Of a DNA stretch of 64,000 bases, positions 9,426 through 19,505 are shown piece after piece. The translations under genes and the position numbers were made by a program. The notes under the pieces are model-generated. The model made no database searches. It had not been told where the DNA came from and was given only the letters and a program-made list of their open reading frames with translations. This DNA is from Candidatus Cloacimonadales bacterium. Its GTDB lineage: Bacteria; Cloacimonadota; Cloacimonadia; Cloacimonadales; DAONDQ01. Every line of letters starts with the position of its first letter. Position 1 is the stretch's first letter. The stretch is from positions 960,001 through 1,024,000 of the forward strand of contig OY759316.1 of the NCBI GenBank assembly GCA_963662275.1. Direction: 5' to 3'.

Positions 9426-10748
9426 ATGAAAGCCTACGTGGTTATTTTAATCGCTCTGATCTCATTTGTTGTTTTGGCAGCAGAAGTTACTATGCCCGTT
9501 TTAACGAAAGCAGAAAAAGCCCAAGTAATCGATTCATTATCAACTTCCATGAAAAATCTCTATGTATTCCCCGATATTGGAGAAAAAGTAGCAAAACTCC
9601 TGGAGGAAAACTCCAAAAACGGTGCCTATAACAGCATTACCGACCCTTTCCTGCTATCACAACAACTAACGACAGACTTGCGCTCAGTGAATGGTGATAA
9701 GCATTTAGCATTACAGTATGCCCCCGAGCAAATTGCTCAAAACAAAGGAGTCGCTGCGAACGACGAAACAGCCAAAAAGCAACAAGCTCTCGATTTAGCC
9801 AGGGATAATTATGGTTTCAAAGAAATTAAAATTCTTCCCGGAAATATCGGATATATCAAGTTCAATGAATTTGCAGGTAACCAGGAAGCTTTTAAAACTG
9901 CAATAGGTGCCATGGCATTTCTTGCTAATAGCGATGCCATCATTTTCGATTTGACAGAAAACGGGGGTGGTGATCCAGCCATGATTCAACTTATTACATC
10001 CTACCTTTATCCCGAAGGTGAGACACAACACCTGAATTCCTTTTTCCTGCGTGAAACCGGAGTTACTACTCAAGCTTGGACGTTGCCATTTGTACCGGGG
10101 AAGTGCAATCCGAATGCTGAAGTCTATGTGTTGACCAGTTCATTCACTTTTTCCGGAGCAGAAGAATTTGCTTATAATCTGAAGAACCTCAAGCGGGCAA
10201 CGATCATTGGAGAAATAACTGGAGGAGGTGCTCATCCTGTGAATTTTTATCCGATCAACGATATTTTTATAGCCAAAATCCCTTTTGGAAGAGCAGTGAA
10301 TCCCATCACCAAAACGAATTGGGAAGGTACCGGGGTTGAACCCAATGTAACGGTTCCTTCTAGCAAAGCCTTTGATACTGCATATAAGCTAGCTCTTGGA
10401 AAGCTGGTTACTAAAACGAAAGATGAAACATATAAAAGTAAAATCAGTTGGTTTTTAAAGATGAAGGAAATAGAAGACAACCCATCTAAGCCATCTACTT
10501 CTCAACAAAAAATGTTCACTGGAATCTATGGGCCAAGAGCCATTACCTTGGAAAAAGGCGAATTGTTTTACCAAAGACAACCCGCACCCAAGCTGAAGAT
10601 GATTCCTATAAGCGAGACAATATTCAAATTCAACGAAGTACCATATTTTATGTTAGAAGTAGTTGTGAAGGATGGAAAGGCAGTCAAACTCATCGGTCAT
10701 TACAACGATAACGATGGCAGGACAGACGAAAGTGAGATAACGAAGTAG
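9426..10748 (+). CDS. S41-family peptidase (IRBP-like), secreted
   Basis: GNIGYIKF, IIFDLTENGGG, TFSGAEEFAY, IIGEITGGGAHP, WEGTGVEP. Confidence 0.92.
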   Translation: MKAYVVILIALISFVVLAAEVTMPVLTKAEKAQVIDSLSTSMKNLYVFPDIGEKVAKLLEENSKNGAYNSITDPFLLSQQLTTDLRSVNGDKHLALQYAPEQIAQNKGVAANDETAKKQQALDLARDNYGFKEIKILPGNIGYIKFNEFAGNQEAFKTAIGAMAFLANSDAIIFDLTENGGGDPAMIQLITSYLYPEGETQHLNSFFLRETGVTTQAWTLPFVPGKCNPNAEVYVLTSSFTFSGAEEFAYNLKNLKRATIIGEITGGGAHPVNFYPINDIFIAKIPFGRAVNPITKTNWEGTGVEPNVTVPSSKAFDTAYKLALGKLVTKTKDETYKSKISWFLKMKEIEDNPSKPSTSQQKMFTGIYGPRAITLEKGELFYQRQPAPKLKMIPISETIFKFNEVPYFMLEVVVKDGKAVKLIGHYNDNDGRTDESEITK

Positions 10749-10784
10749 TTTACAGAAACAGCCGGAATACTAAACTCCGATTTG

Positions 10785-11906
10785 TCAGTCCTTAGCTGGG
10801 CTAAGTTCTAAATATAACTTTTCTGTTTTTTGAACCATATCTGAAAAAGAAAAGCTCTTTTTATGCGTTTGAAAGGCATTTTCAGCTAAATTGTGACGGA
10901 TTGTTTCATTGTTTAAGAGATAGATGATAGCTTGTGCAAGCTGCGTTTTGTCAGCAATAGGGACAAGAAGACCTGTCCTGTTGTGTTCCACCAATTCGGG
11001 TATGGCATCTACATTCGAAGCAATCACGGGTACTTTCTGACTCATGGCATCCAGGATTGCCAAACCAAAGGATTCGGTAAGGGAAGGGAATACACAGATT
11101 TTCATAAGTTGAATATAAGGATATATATCCGACTGTAGTCCTAAGAAACGTACATTGTTTACTAAACCAAGAGATGAAACCAGATTTTTGATAGACTGCA
11201 TTAATTCACCTTCACCTAATAATAAAAGAATACAATTAGGGAATAGCTTCACGACTTCACTCATTGCGTGGATTAAATAAACATGACCTTTTTGCGTTTT
11301 AAAGGATCCAATCATTCCAATGACTGCAGCATTCTGAGGAATATTGAGTTGCTTCAATGTCTCTGAAGGAAGATTCCGTGTAGTATCGGGGGCTTGGATT
11401 GATAATGGGATGGTACGAATCTTATCAGTATTGCAGTAATGATATTTCATTAAAAACCTGGCTGTATATTCTGAATTTGCAATATACATTGTATTTCTCA
11501 GTGCGGTTATTCGATCAACAGCATGGAAGAAATTACGGATATATTCAGTAGAATGCTGCGTACTAACAATGATTTGCTTTGAAAATAGACATGCAATTCT
11601 GCTATAGATATTGGCTATGGGAAGTTGCGTATGGATGATATCCGGTTTGATACAGTGAATTGCTTTCATTAAGGAAAACAAAATCCTGAAATCATACCTG
11701 GAAGAATAATCAAAACTGGTAATATGAACGTTTTTTAGCTGAGAGAATCTATCATTGAGTTGGTCTCCTTCCAGAAAATTGACAATGTATACTTCGAATT
11801 TGTCCCGATTCAGTAACTCACACAGATGATACAAATAAATTTCAGCTCCCCCTGTGGCAAAAGCCTGTACGACCTGGAGGATTTTAATCTTTCGTAATGG
11901 GGTCAT
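10785..11906 (-). CDS. GT4 (GT-B) glycosyltransferase
   Basis: GGAEIY near N-terminus; KGH..L; FPSLTESFGLAILDAM; likely start MTPLRK just after the upstream stop. Confidence 0.9.
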   Translation of the reverse strand: MTPLRKIKILQVVQAFATGGAEIYLYHLCELLNRDKFEVYIVNFLEGDQLNDRFSQLKNVHITSFDYSSRYDFRILFSLMKAIHCIKPDIIHTQLPIANIYSRIACLFSKQIIVSTQHSTEYIRNFFHAVDRITALRNTMYIANSEYTARFLMKYHYCNTDKIRTIPLSIQAPDTTRNLPSETLKQLNIPQNAAVIGMIGSFKTQKGHVYLIHAMSEVVKLFPNCILLLLGEGELMQSIKNLVSSLGLVNNVRFLGLQSDIYPYIQLMKICVFPSLTESFGLAILDAMSQKVPVIASNVDAIPELVEHNRTGLLVPIADKTQLAQAIIYLLNNETIRHNLAENAFQTHKKSFSFSDMVQKTEKLYLELSPAKD

Positions 11907-11907
11907 T

Positions 11908-13002
11908 TCAAGATTTTCCCAGCAACGTCTTAGCAATTTGTTCTGCCCTGATTTCCCAAGTATTGGCTGCTTTACATAATCTAATATTCTGACGTATGAT
12001 TTCATAGTCTTCGTAATTCGGTAAGGATTGAATTAACCTCAATAAATCTGTGGAATCATTATTACATATGTAACCAACATGGTTTTCTTCTATGTAATTA
12101 CTAACGGCATTGTTACGATTAGAAATGATAGGTGTTTCATAAGAGATATACTCGTATAATTTATAGGGTACGCCAATTGAATTATATGTATTTTCATGAG
12201 CAAAATACAGCGAGTAACCAGCTAAGTCATATATTTTATTAAGCTCATTACTACGATAATGGACAATCTCGATATTAGGTGTTATTTTATGATGGTAGTT
12301 AGATTTACAATGCGACCATAATTTCTCGGGAAAACTGATAATTAGTTTTAGTTCCGGCATTTGAGAGAAGACATCAAAGAGAGCATCAATATTTCTAAGA
12401 GCAGAACTGATACCACTCACATGGGCAAATACTCTTCGATCTCTTTCTTTAGGACAATCGAATAAATCTGTACCTGGAGGAAGATCGACACATGGGATTG
12501 AAGAATGCAATCCTTTAACATATGGTGTCATCCTTGTACTGGGGAGGAATAAGGCATCTAGAAATTGGTTATACTTGTAGATATCATATTTATGAAAAGC
12601 AGTAGTAATCTGCTCTTTAAGAAAATTGAATTGACGATATTTACCAGGAAATGCCCAGAAAATATCTCGTAGAAACACACCAATAGGGATATTATTCTTC
12701 TTACAAAAGGAAAAAAAAGAGAAATCCAGGAAAGGATGTAACGGATAATGATGGGTTTCTGTTAAGATCGTCGGTAAAGTAGAGGATTCAGAATATAGGA
12801 AATCATACTTCTTCCCATTCTTAATATTACTCTTAATTTGTCTGATAGCGATTGCTCGTTGTTTCGCATGTCCCATCACAACATCCACTTGGTATCCGAT
12901 GTTCTGAAGAGCTTCAATCAGTCTTCTCGGTCTGATTTCTGATGGAACTAAGCATTCATTATTGACTGCCCACGGTGCATGAAAAATGCATGATTTTGAC
13001 AT
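11908..13002 (-). CDS. Putative GT-B glycosyltransferase
   Basis: PYKLYEYISYETPII and TWEIRAEQI motifs; lies between a flippase and a GT4. Confidence 0.7.
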   Translation of the reverse strand: MSKSCIFHAPWAVNNECLVPSEIRPRRLIEALQNIGYQVDVVMGHAKQRAIAIRQIKSNIKNGKKYDFLYSESSTLPTILTETHHYPLHPFLDFSFFSFCKKNNIPIGVFLRDIFWAFPGKYRQFNFLKEQITTAFHKYDIYKYNQFLDALFLPSTRMTPYVKGLHSSIPCVDLPPGTDLFDCPKERDRRVFAHVSGISSALRNIDALFDVFSQMPELKLIISFPEKLWSHCKSNYHHKITPNIEIVHYRSNELNKIYDLAGYSLYFAHENTYNSIGVPYKLYEYISYETPIISNRNNAVSNYIEENHVGYICNNDSTDLLRLIQSLPNYEDYEIIRQNIRLCKAANTWEIRAEQIAKTLLGKS

Positions 13003-13177
13003 TGAAACAAGGCTCCTTATTGATTACTAAAAAAGGATGAATATTTGAAGTAAAAAAATTGTCGAGTCAAATATGTAAAGATTTCCACATTGATGATTAT
13101 GGGAAATCGGTCAAAGTGCGAATAGCAAGAGAATATTGAAACTGGTGGAATCTGTGCTTCTAAGATTTGCATATGGC

Positions 13178-14473
13178 TTAGATTTCTTTCGCTACTTTAG
13201 GAAGATGGCGCCAGATGATGTAATTATACAGAATGACTTGAATAATATCGATAATAACATAAAGATATAAGCCCAGGAACAAATTATTTTGAGTATGTCC
13301 AATATACAATGCCAGAGGGCGATATATAACCTGTGAGATACCAAAAAAGAAAGTCAATTTCTGCATATTGAGAGCTAAGGTCGCACTACTTGTGGGTGAA
13401 CTGATGAATATCCCAAATACCGATGGTGCCATGATTGCCGCAATTCTCCCGGCAGTTGCCCATTGATGTCCGAAAATAAAGGAAAAGATTACTTCTCCAA
13501 AAAGGAAAATTATCGTAATTGGTAGAAATCCAATCACTGCTAAACGTTTCCAGGTCTTTACAAGAAGTGGGCGTCCATCTCTTCCTTCGCGTATTAGTTC
13601 CGAGAAATTCTGATAAAAAACCTGTCCTACAGAACTGCCGATAATTGCCATTGGAAACATCATCATTTGCATGGCATATGAATAGGAGCCAACTGAATCT
13701 TCAGAAAAGAACCTTGATATCAGGATTATGGGAAGTTGCATAGAAAGCACATTGAGAAGTGAATTTGGCATTGTGAAAAAGGGGAAATGGCGATATTTGA
13801 AGGCACAGCTTTTTATCCTCAGCCAATTCGTCTTGATCTGGGATTTTGTCATCATTCTCAGGCAAGCGCTTCTTAAATACAGTATTGGGAAAACCAGGCT
13901 CAGGAATCCACCAGTAACTAAACCTCCGGGACCTGAAAATATAAGACGGTATCCGATATTGATGAATGATTTTGAAATAGAGGCAGAGATTCTGGAAATG
14001 GCAATTTTTTTATAAAACTGCCCTCTTGTTGCCCACGAGTTTGCGATATCATTTGCAGAATAGATAAATAAAGCGATGGGTAAAAACCATAGCCATTCTG
14101 CCAAATCAGGATTTTTCAACATGCCCGAGATTGGATATCGGAAAAAGGCAATAACTATGAAAGATAAAATACAGATTACAGTGAGAAGCCCCATTGATAA
14201 TAAAACGAGGGCATAGCTGTCTTTTTCTTTTTTTGGAAGCATAACAGAGTACTCATAACGACCTGTGGCAATTGCTTGTAATACTGTCTGAACTGAAGTG
14301 AAAAGGGCAAAAACTGCATAATCACGGGGGCTATATAACCTGCTGATAACGGGAATGAGTAAAATAGTCAGTGCTTGGGCGATTGTTGTACCCGAAGCTA
14401 ATATCAGGACTTTTCTGCTATTTGAAGTTTTATTATGTCTGATATGGTGTAAAAAACCTTGCAAACTACTCAT
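13178..14473 (-). CDS. Polysaccharide flippase (Wzx-like)
   Basis: GTTIAQAL..PVISRLYSP..TGRYE; many hydrophobic helices; adjacent glycosyltransferases. Confidence 0.88.
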   Translation of the reverse strand: MSSLQGFLHHIRHNKTSNSRKVLILASGTTIAQALTILLIPVISRLYSPRDYAVFALFTSVQTVLQAIATGRYEYSVMLPKKEKDSYALVLLSMGLLTVICILSFIVIAFFRYPISGMLKNPDLAEWLWFLPIALFIYSANDIANSWATRGQFYKKIAISRISASISKSFINIGYRLIFSGPGGLVTGGFLSLVFPILYLRSACLRMMTKSQIKTNWLRIKSCAFKYRHFPFFTMPNSLLNVLSMQLPIILISRFFSEDSVGSYSYAMQMMMFPMAIIGSSVGQVFYQNFSELIREGRDGRPLLVKTWKRLAVIGFLPITIIFLFGEVIFSFIFGHQWATAGRIAAIMAPSVFGIFISSPTSSATLALNMQKLTFFFGISQVIYRPLALYIGHTQNNLFLGLYLYVIIDIIQVILYNYIIWRHLPKVAKEI

Positions 14474-14791
14474 TCAATGCTCATATCCATGTGTATTTGA
14501 TTTTCTCCCTTCTATTTTGATTGTCACTTTTTTATTGAACATTTAATTGATAGATAATTAGTTCGTCAATAAATATCGGGGCTAGTCACTAGCTTCTACC
14601 TCTTGTCTCTAGTTCCTAATCTCTTATTCCGACTCCCTTCTGCAAAATTTCCTTTGACATAAAAACAAAGAATTGTATTCTCAGTCTAATAATCGGAGTA
14701 AGAGACAAGTTCATTTAACTTATTAAAATGACCAATGAGAAAGTTTATATCCAGAAAACTATAAGTCGAAAGATTTGTATGGGAGTATGTC

Positions 14792-15532
14792 ATGAAGCTT
14801 GCAGAAGAAAGATTCAAATTGATTGATGCCGGAACCGTGCTTGATGTGGCTACAGGGAGAGGTGAGTTTGCTGCTGTGATAAAAAATGATTTTAAGAGTT
14901 ACGAACATCTTGTTGGTATTGACGTATCTGATCAGGCTGTGAAGCATGCTCAAACGTTGTTTCCCGAGAATAATATTGAAATCTTACGCATGAATGTTGA
15001 GCATATAGAATTTGCTAATGAGCATTTTGATACAGTTTGTATTTCAAATTCAATCCATCATCTGGAGCATAAAAAGAAAGCGTTTGATGAAATGATGCGC
15101 GTGCTGAAGAGTGGTGGCTTGTTTATTTCTACGGAAATGTACAGCGATGGGAAACAGTCAGAAGCACAGAAATCGCATATTCTTATGCATCACTGGTTTG
15201 CCGACGTTGATGAGTTATCGCTTACTTACCATGATCATACTTATCTGAAACAGGAAATCATTGAGATGTTAAGTAAACTGCCTCTATTACGCATAGAAAC
15301 AATAGATTATTATTATCCGACTGATAATCCAAAAGATCCGGTTCTCATAAATAATCTTGTGAAGAATTGTGAGGCAGTGATAAAAAAATTGGGCAAGCAG
15401 TCTAATACCGAAAGTCTCATAGCAGAGGGAGAAGTTCTCATAGAACGTCTAAAAACCATTGGTTTTGCGAGTGCATCCAGGATATTATTCATTGGAAAGA
15501 GAAAGAAACACAACAACAAGACCAAAGCTTGA
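14792..15532 (+). CDS. Class I SAM-dependent methyltransferase
   Basis: VLDVATGRG, GIDVS, FDTV, RVLKSGG. Confidence 0.9.
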   Translation: MKLAEERFKLIDAGTVLDVATGRGEFAAVIKNDFKSYEHLVGIDVSDQAVKHAQTLFPENNIEILRMNVEHIEFANEHFDTVCISNSIHHLEHKKKAFDEMMRVLKSGGLFISTEMYSDGKQSEAQKSHILMHHWFADVDELSLTYHDHTYLKQEIIEMLSKLPLLRIETIDYYYPTDNPKDPVLINNLVKNCEAVIKKLGKQSNTESLIAEGEVLIERLKTIGFASASRILFIGKRKKHNNKTKA

Positions 15533-15578
15533 ACTTAACATATAACAAGTTTTCGCTAACGGTGATGAAAATGTCAAT

Positions 15579-15691
15579 TTTTAAGTCCGAATTTCCTATT
15601 ACTTGAGAAGTCGTAGCAGATTCGATGGGAATTTGAACTCCAAACTCTTAAGTATTCAAAGATAATATTCAGGGTAATTGAACTCCAGAAC
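15579..15691. repeat. TTTGRAGTYCA-type hairpin element plus a half copy
   Basis: AAGTCCGAATTTCCTAT..ATGGGAATTTGAACTCCAAA; relatives at 985-1139 and 31348-31497. Confidence 0.7.
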
Positions 15692-15881
15692 CTCAGTTTT
15701 CATATAAAGTGCGAAGAACGAAGTTGCAGAGCAGAAGTAGGAGAAATCTAGTACCTGACACATTATTCTGAGGAATGGCTCACAAATTGCACTTAAATAT
15801 GAATTGCAAACTAGATAACGGAATGCCAAATATAATGACCATATCTGGTCCATATTGAGTACCAGTAATAAAGGAGAATTC

Positions 15882-17141
15882 ATGGCAACATTAGAAGATA
15901 TTTTTACGCTAAATGCCACACAACTGAACAAATTAGCCCGTCAGTATGATATCACCGGCTATACCACAATGCCAAGAAATGTATTGATTAATAAAATTCT
16001 AGAGACATCTGCTGCCCAGGAAGGTCTTTCCTTCGTTACGGGCTGCCTGGAAGTCATGGATGATGGATACGGTTTTCTACGCTTTTCAGAAAATAATTAT
16101 AACCCGGGGAGAGATGATGTATATGTTTCTCTCACTCAAATTCGCAGATTTAATCTCAAAAAGGGTCACATGGTTTCAGGTCCTGTACGCTCTCCCAAAG
16201 AAGGTGAAAAATATTATGCCCTGCTGCGTGTGGATGCTGTCAATGCCAACACACCCCAGAATGCAGTAGATTCAAAACAATTTGATGATCTGACTCCGTT
16301 TTATGCAACACAGCGTCTGAACCTCGAATTTGATCCTAAGAATTTCTCAACTCGTATCATGACTTTATTTACACCCATCGGAAAAGGTCAGCGAGGTTTG
16401 ATTGTCGCAGCTCCCCGTACCGGTAAAACAATTCTATTACAAGATATTGCCAATGCCATCCTAACTAATCATCCGGAAGTATATCTGATTGTCTTATTAG
16501 TGGATGAACGCCCGGAAGAAGTCACGGAAATGAAACGTATTCTGAAGCCGGGAAATCGGGAAGTAATTAGTTCGACTTTTGATGAGACCCCCAAGAATCA
16601 TATCAATGTAAGTGAAATGGCACTGGAAAAAGCGAAACGGATGGTGGAATTAGGGCAGGATGTTGTCATTGTTTTAGATAGTATAACTCGTCTTGCACGT
16701 GCCTATAACAACCAGGCACCTTCAAGTGGTAAGGTTCTTTCAGGTGGTATTGATTCTGCCGGTTTAACAAAACCTAAGAAATTCTATGGTTCCGCCCGTA
16801 ATACAGAAGAAGCTGGAAGCCTGACGATTATCGCGACTGCCCTTGTGGATACTGGCAGCAGAATGGATCAAGTCATCTTTGAAGAGTTTAAAGGTACCGG
16901 TAATATGGAATTAGTATTAGATCGTTCCATCAGTGATATGCGTGTTTTCCCTGCGATTGATCTTGTCAAATCCGGCACACGGCGTGAAGAATTATTACTT
17001 ACAACAACGGAGCTGAACCGCATCATAGTTTTACGTAAATTCTTGAAGACGATGAGCCCATTGCAAGGAATTGAAACGTTGCGAAAGAAAATGGAAGCAA
17101 CAGCAACAAACGAAGAATTTCTGCGTTCCTTGAGTAATTAA
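15882..17141 (+). CDS. rho: Transcription termination factor Rho
   Basis: GYGFLR, PIGKGQRGLIVAAPRTGKT, DERPEEVT, LDSITRLARAYN, FEEFKGTGNMEL; AAGGAG before ATG 15882. Confidence 0.98.
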   Translation: MATLEDIFTLNATQLNKLARQYDITGYTTMPRNVLINKILETSAAQEGLSFVTGCLEVMDDGYGFLRFSENNYNPGRDDVYVSLTQIRRFNLKKGHMVSGPVRSPKEGEKYYALLRVDAVNANTPQNAVDSKQFDDLTPFYATQRLNLEFDPKNFSTRIMTLFTPIGKGQRGLIVAAPRTGKTILLQDIANAILTNHPEVYLIVLLVDERPEEVTEMKRILKPGNREVISSTFDETPKNHINVSEMALEKAKRMVELGQDVVIVLDSITRLARAYNNQAPSSGKVLSGGIDSAGLTKPKKFYGSARNTEEAGSLTIIATALVDTGSRMDQVIFEEFKGTGNMELVLDRSISDMRVFPAIDLVKSGTRREELLLTTTELNRIIVLRKFLKTMSPLQGIETLRKKMEATATNEEFLRSLSN

Positions 17142-18370
17142 TGGAATTATTGGCTCCTGCCGGTAATCTTGAAAAACTAAAATATGCCATCGCTTATGGT
17201 GCCGATGCTATATATGCCGGGGGCAAGGAATATAGTTTAAGGGCAAAGGCTGATAATTTCTATCCAGCAGAACTTGAAACAGCGAAGCAGTTATGTCTTA
17301 CCATGGGAAAAAAACTCTATATCACAGCTAACATTTTTGCCCATGCCAAAGATATAGAAGAGTTTCCTGAATATCTACGCTTTCTGGATAAGCTCAAAGT
17401 GGATGGTATTATTGCCTCAGATCCGGGTATAATCTCTTTGATTCAAAAGCATACTACTCTTCCAATACATCTCAGTACACAGGCGAATGTAACTTCATCC
17501 GCAAGTGCAAAATTCTGGAAAAGTGTTGGTATCAAGAGAATTATCCTGGCAAGAGAACTCAGTCGAGATGAGATTTGTATTATTCGTGAAGAGAATCCGG
17601 ATATTGAATTGGAGATCTTTGTACATGGAGCTATGTGTATTTCATATTCAGGCAGATGTCTTCTAAGTGCATTTCTAAATCAACGACCAGCTAATAGAGG
17701 TCTTTGTACCCATCCATGCCGTTGGACGTATAGTTTAATGGAAGAAACAAGACCGGGTCAGTTCTTTCCAATTGAGGAAGATGAACATGGTACTTATATC
17801 TTAAATTCTAAAGATCTTTGTCTGCTTGATCAGCTTGCAGATATCAAAGAGATAGGAATTGATAGTGTCAAGATCGAAGGTAGGATGAAAAGCCTATATT
17901 ATGTGGCAAATGTGACTCGCGTATATCGAAAAGCAATAGATCTTATCGACAAAGGTTTACCAATACCGGAGTCAGTACGTATGGAACTTGAGAAACAAAG
18001 TCACAGGCCTTACACGGAAGGTTTTTATCCAGGGACAGGTACACAGGATACACAGACATATGGTAAGGATTCATATGAACGTGATTACCAATATATCGGC
18101 AAGATTATAGATAGAACCGATACAGATATTACGATTGATTGTGGAAGCAAGTTCATTGTCGGGGATGAATTAGAACTGATATTTCCCAAATTAGAAGACG
18201 ATTGTACCGTTAGTATTGAGAAATTTACAGATGAAAACGAAGAAATTGTAAAGATTTCAAAACCAAATCAGCAATTTCATATTCCCATAGATCACCTAGT
18301 ACCTGAAATGGGAATCGTAAGGTTGGCAAAGACGAACACAGAATTTGATAGGAAAACAGAATGCGAATAA
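17141..18370 (+). CDS. U32-family peptidase-like protein (TrhP/YegQ-like)
   Basis: MELLAPAG, HGAMCISYSGRCLLS, RGLCTHPCRW, KIEGRMKS. Confidence 0.92.
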   Translation: MELLAPAGNLEKLKYAIAYGADAIYAGGKEYSLRAKADNFYPAELETAKQLCLTMGKKLYITANIFAHAKDIEEFPEYLRFLDKLKVDGIIASDPGIISLIQKHTTLPIHLSTQANVTSSASAKFWKSVGIKRIILARELSRDEICIIREENPDIELEIFVHGAMCISYSGRCLLSAFLNQRPANRGLCTHPCRWTYSLMEETRPGQFFPIEEDEHGTYILNSKDLCLLDQLADIKEIGIDSVKIEGRMKSLYYVANVTRVYRKAIDLIDKGLPIPESVRMELEKQSHRPYTEGFYPGTGTQDTQTYGKDSYERDYQYIGKIIDRTDTDITIDCGSKFIVGDELELIFPKLEDDCTVSIEKFTDENEEIVKISKPNQQFHIPIDHLVPEMGIVRLAKTNTEFDRKTECE

Positions 18371-19503
18371 AATATAAATTATTGTTATTTATTATGGTGT
18401 CGAATGTTGTCTTGGTAAATGCACTGGCAACATGGAAACCAGAATATACTAATATTGTGAACCAATTTCTACATGTTGATGATATGAATATCCAAGCTCA
18501 ATTAAATGGACTTAAACCAACAACACTTGAAGAAAAGGCATTTGTCGCGTATTATCGGGCAAAACTAGTTTCAGATCCTTTAACAATTACCATTGAGTTG
18601 GGGAAAGTAGCAGATACCTATCCAAAAACGGAATATGGTCAAAGAGCTTACTTAGATTTAGGAATCAGATCATTTCTGCAAAGAGATTTTGATAAATCAT
18701 CCGCATATCTCTTAAAAATTACGTCACCCAATCTAATTGAAAAGGATTATTGGCTTGCTCAGATTTATGAAAAACTAAATGAAAACGAGAAAGCAATCCT
18801 GTCCGGTCAGAATTATTTAAAAACTGCCTCAAATCCTGATCAGATCGAAAATACATATTATATCATCGCAAATGCATATCTCAATCAAGCAAAATATGAG
18901 AATGTTCAGATTGTATTAGCAAAACTGGATAAAATAGAGAATTTACCAAAACATAAGGTCTACTACAACTATCTTCGCGGGTATGCATACGATATGGCAA
19001 ATAATGATGACAAAGCTCTTGAATATTATAAAAGTATTTACACCTTGGATAGGTACAGTCAGTTTGCCTTTTTAACTGAAGACAGATTATTTGCCATGAA
19101 ATCAAGGAAGAAGAATCACCTGGATATCAGTTTTATATATCCTGACAGTGTTTATCATCCTGCACCAGAGCTACCTGATACTACAAATACGGTGGTGGGG
19201 AATCCTGCTCTCACCGGAGATTCACTCCATGTTGAGACGGTTCCTGATTCAATGCAAATGGTAAAAAATACAGGACATGGTATTTTTCTTCAATTAGGAC
19301 GTTTTTCTGCAGAAGTTAATGCTCAGAAACTCATGCTGCAGTTGAAGGAAAATGACTTCAATGCGATGTATTTTCTATCGAAAACAGATGGAAAAGTATC
19401 GTATCGAGTTTTGATGGGTCCATTTACAACTAAAGGTCAAGCAGAAAAAACGAAAGCAAAACTACATGATAAATCCTTCAATGCAATTACCGTGACGAGA
19501 TAG
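18361..19503 (+). CDS. TPR-repeat, SPOR-domain periplasmic protein
   Basis: Signal peptide, helical repeats, C-terminal FLQLGRFS..NA..YRVLMGPF SPOR motif. Confidence 0.8.
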   Translation: MRIKYKLLLFIMVSNVVLVNALATWKPEYTNIVNQFLHVDDMNIQAQLNGLKPTTLEEKAFVAYYRAKLVSDPLTITIELGKVADTYPKTEYGQRAYLDLGIRSFLQRDFDKSSAYLLKITSPNLIEKDYWLAQIYEKLNENEKAILSGQNYLKTASNPDQIENTYYIIANAYLNQAKYENVQIVLAKLDKIENLPKHKVYYNYLRGYAYDMANNDDKALEYYKSIYTLDRYSQFAFLTEDRLFAMKSRKKNHLDISFIYPDSVYHPAPELPDTTNTVVGNPALTGDSLHVETVPDSMQMVKNTGHGIFLQLGRFSAEVNAQKLMLQLKENDFNAMYFLSKTDGKVSYRVLMGPFTTKGQAEKTKAKLHDKSFNAITVTR

Positions 19504-19505
19504 AT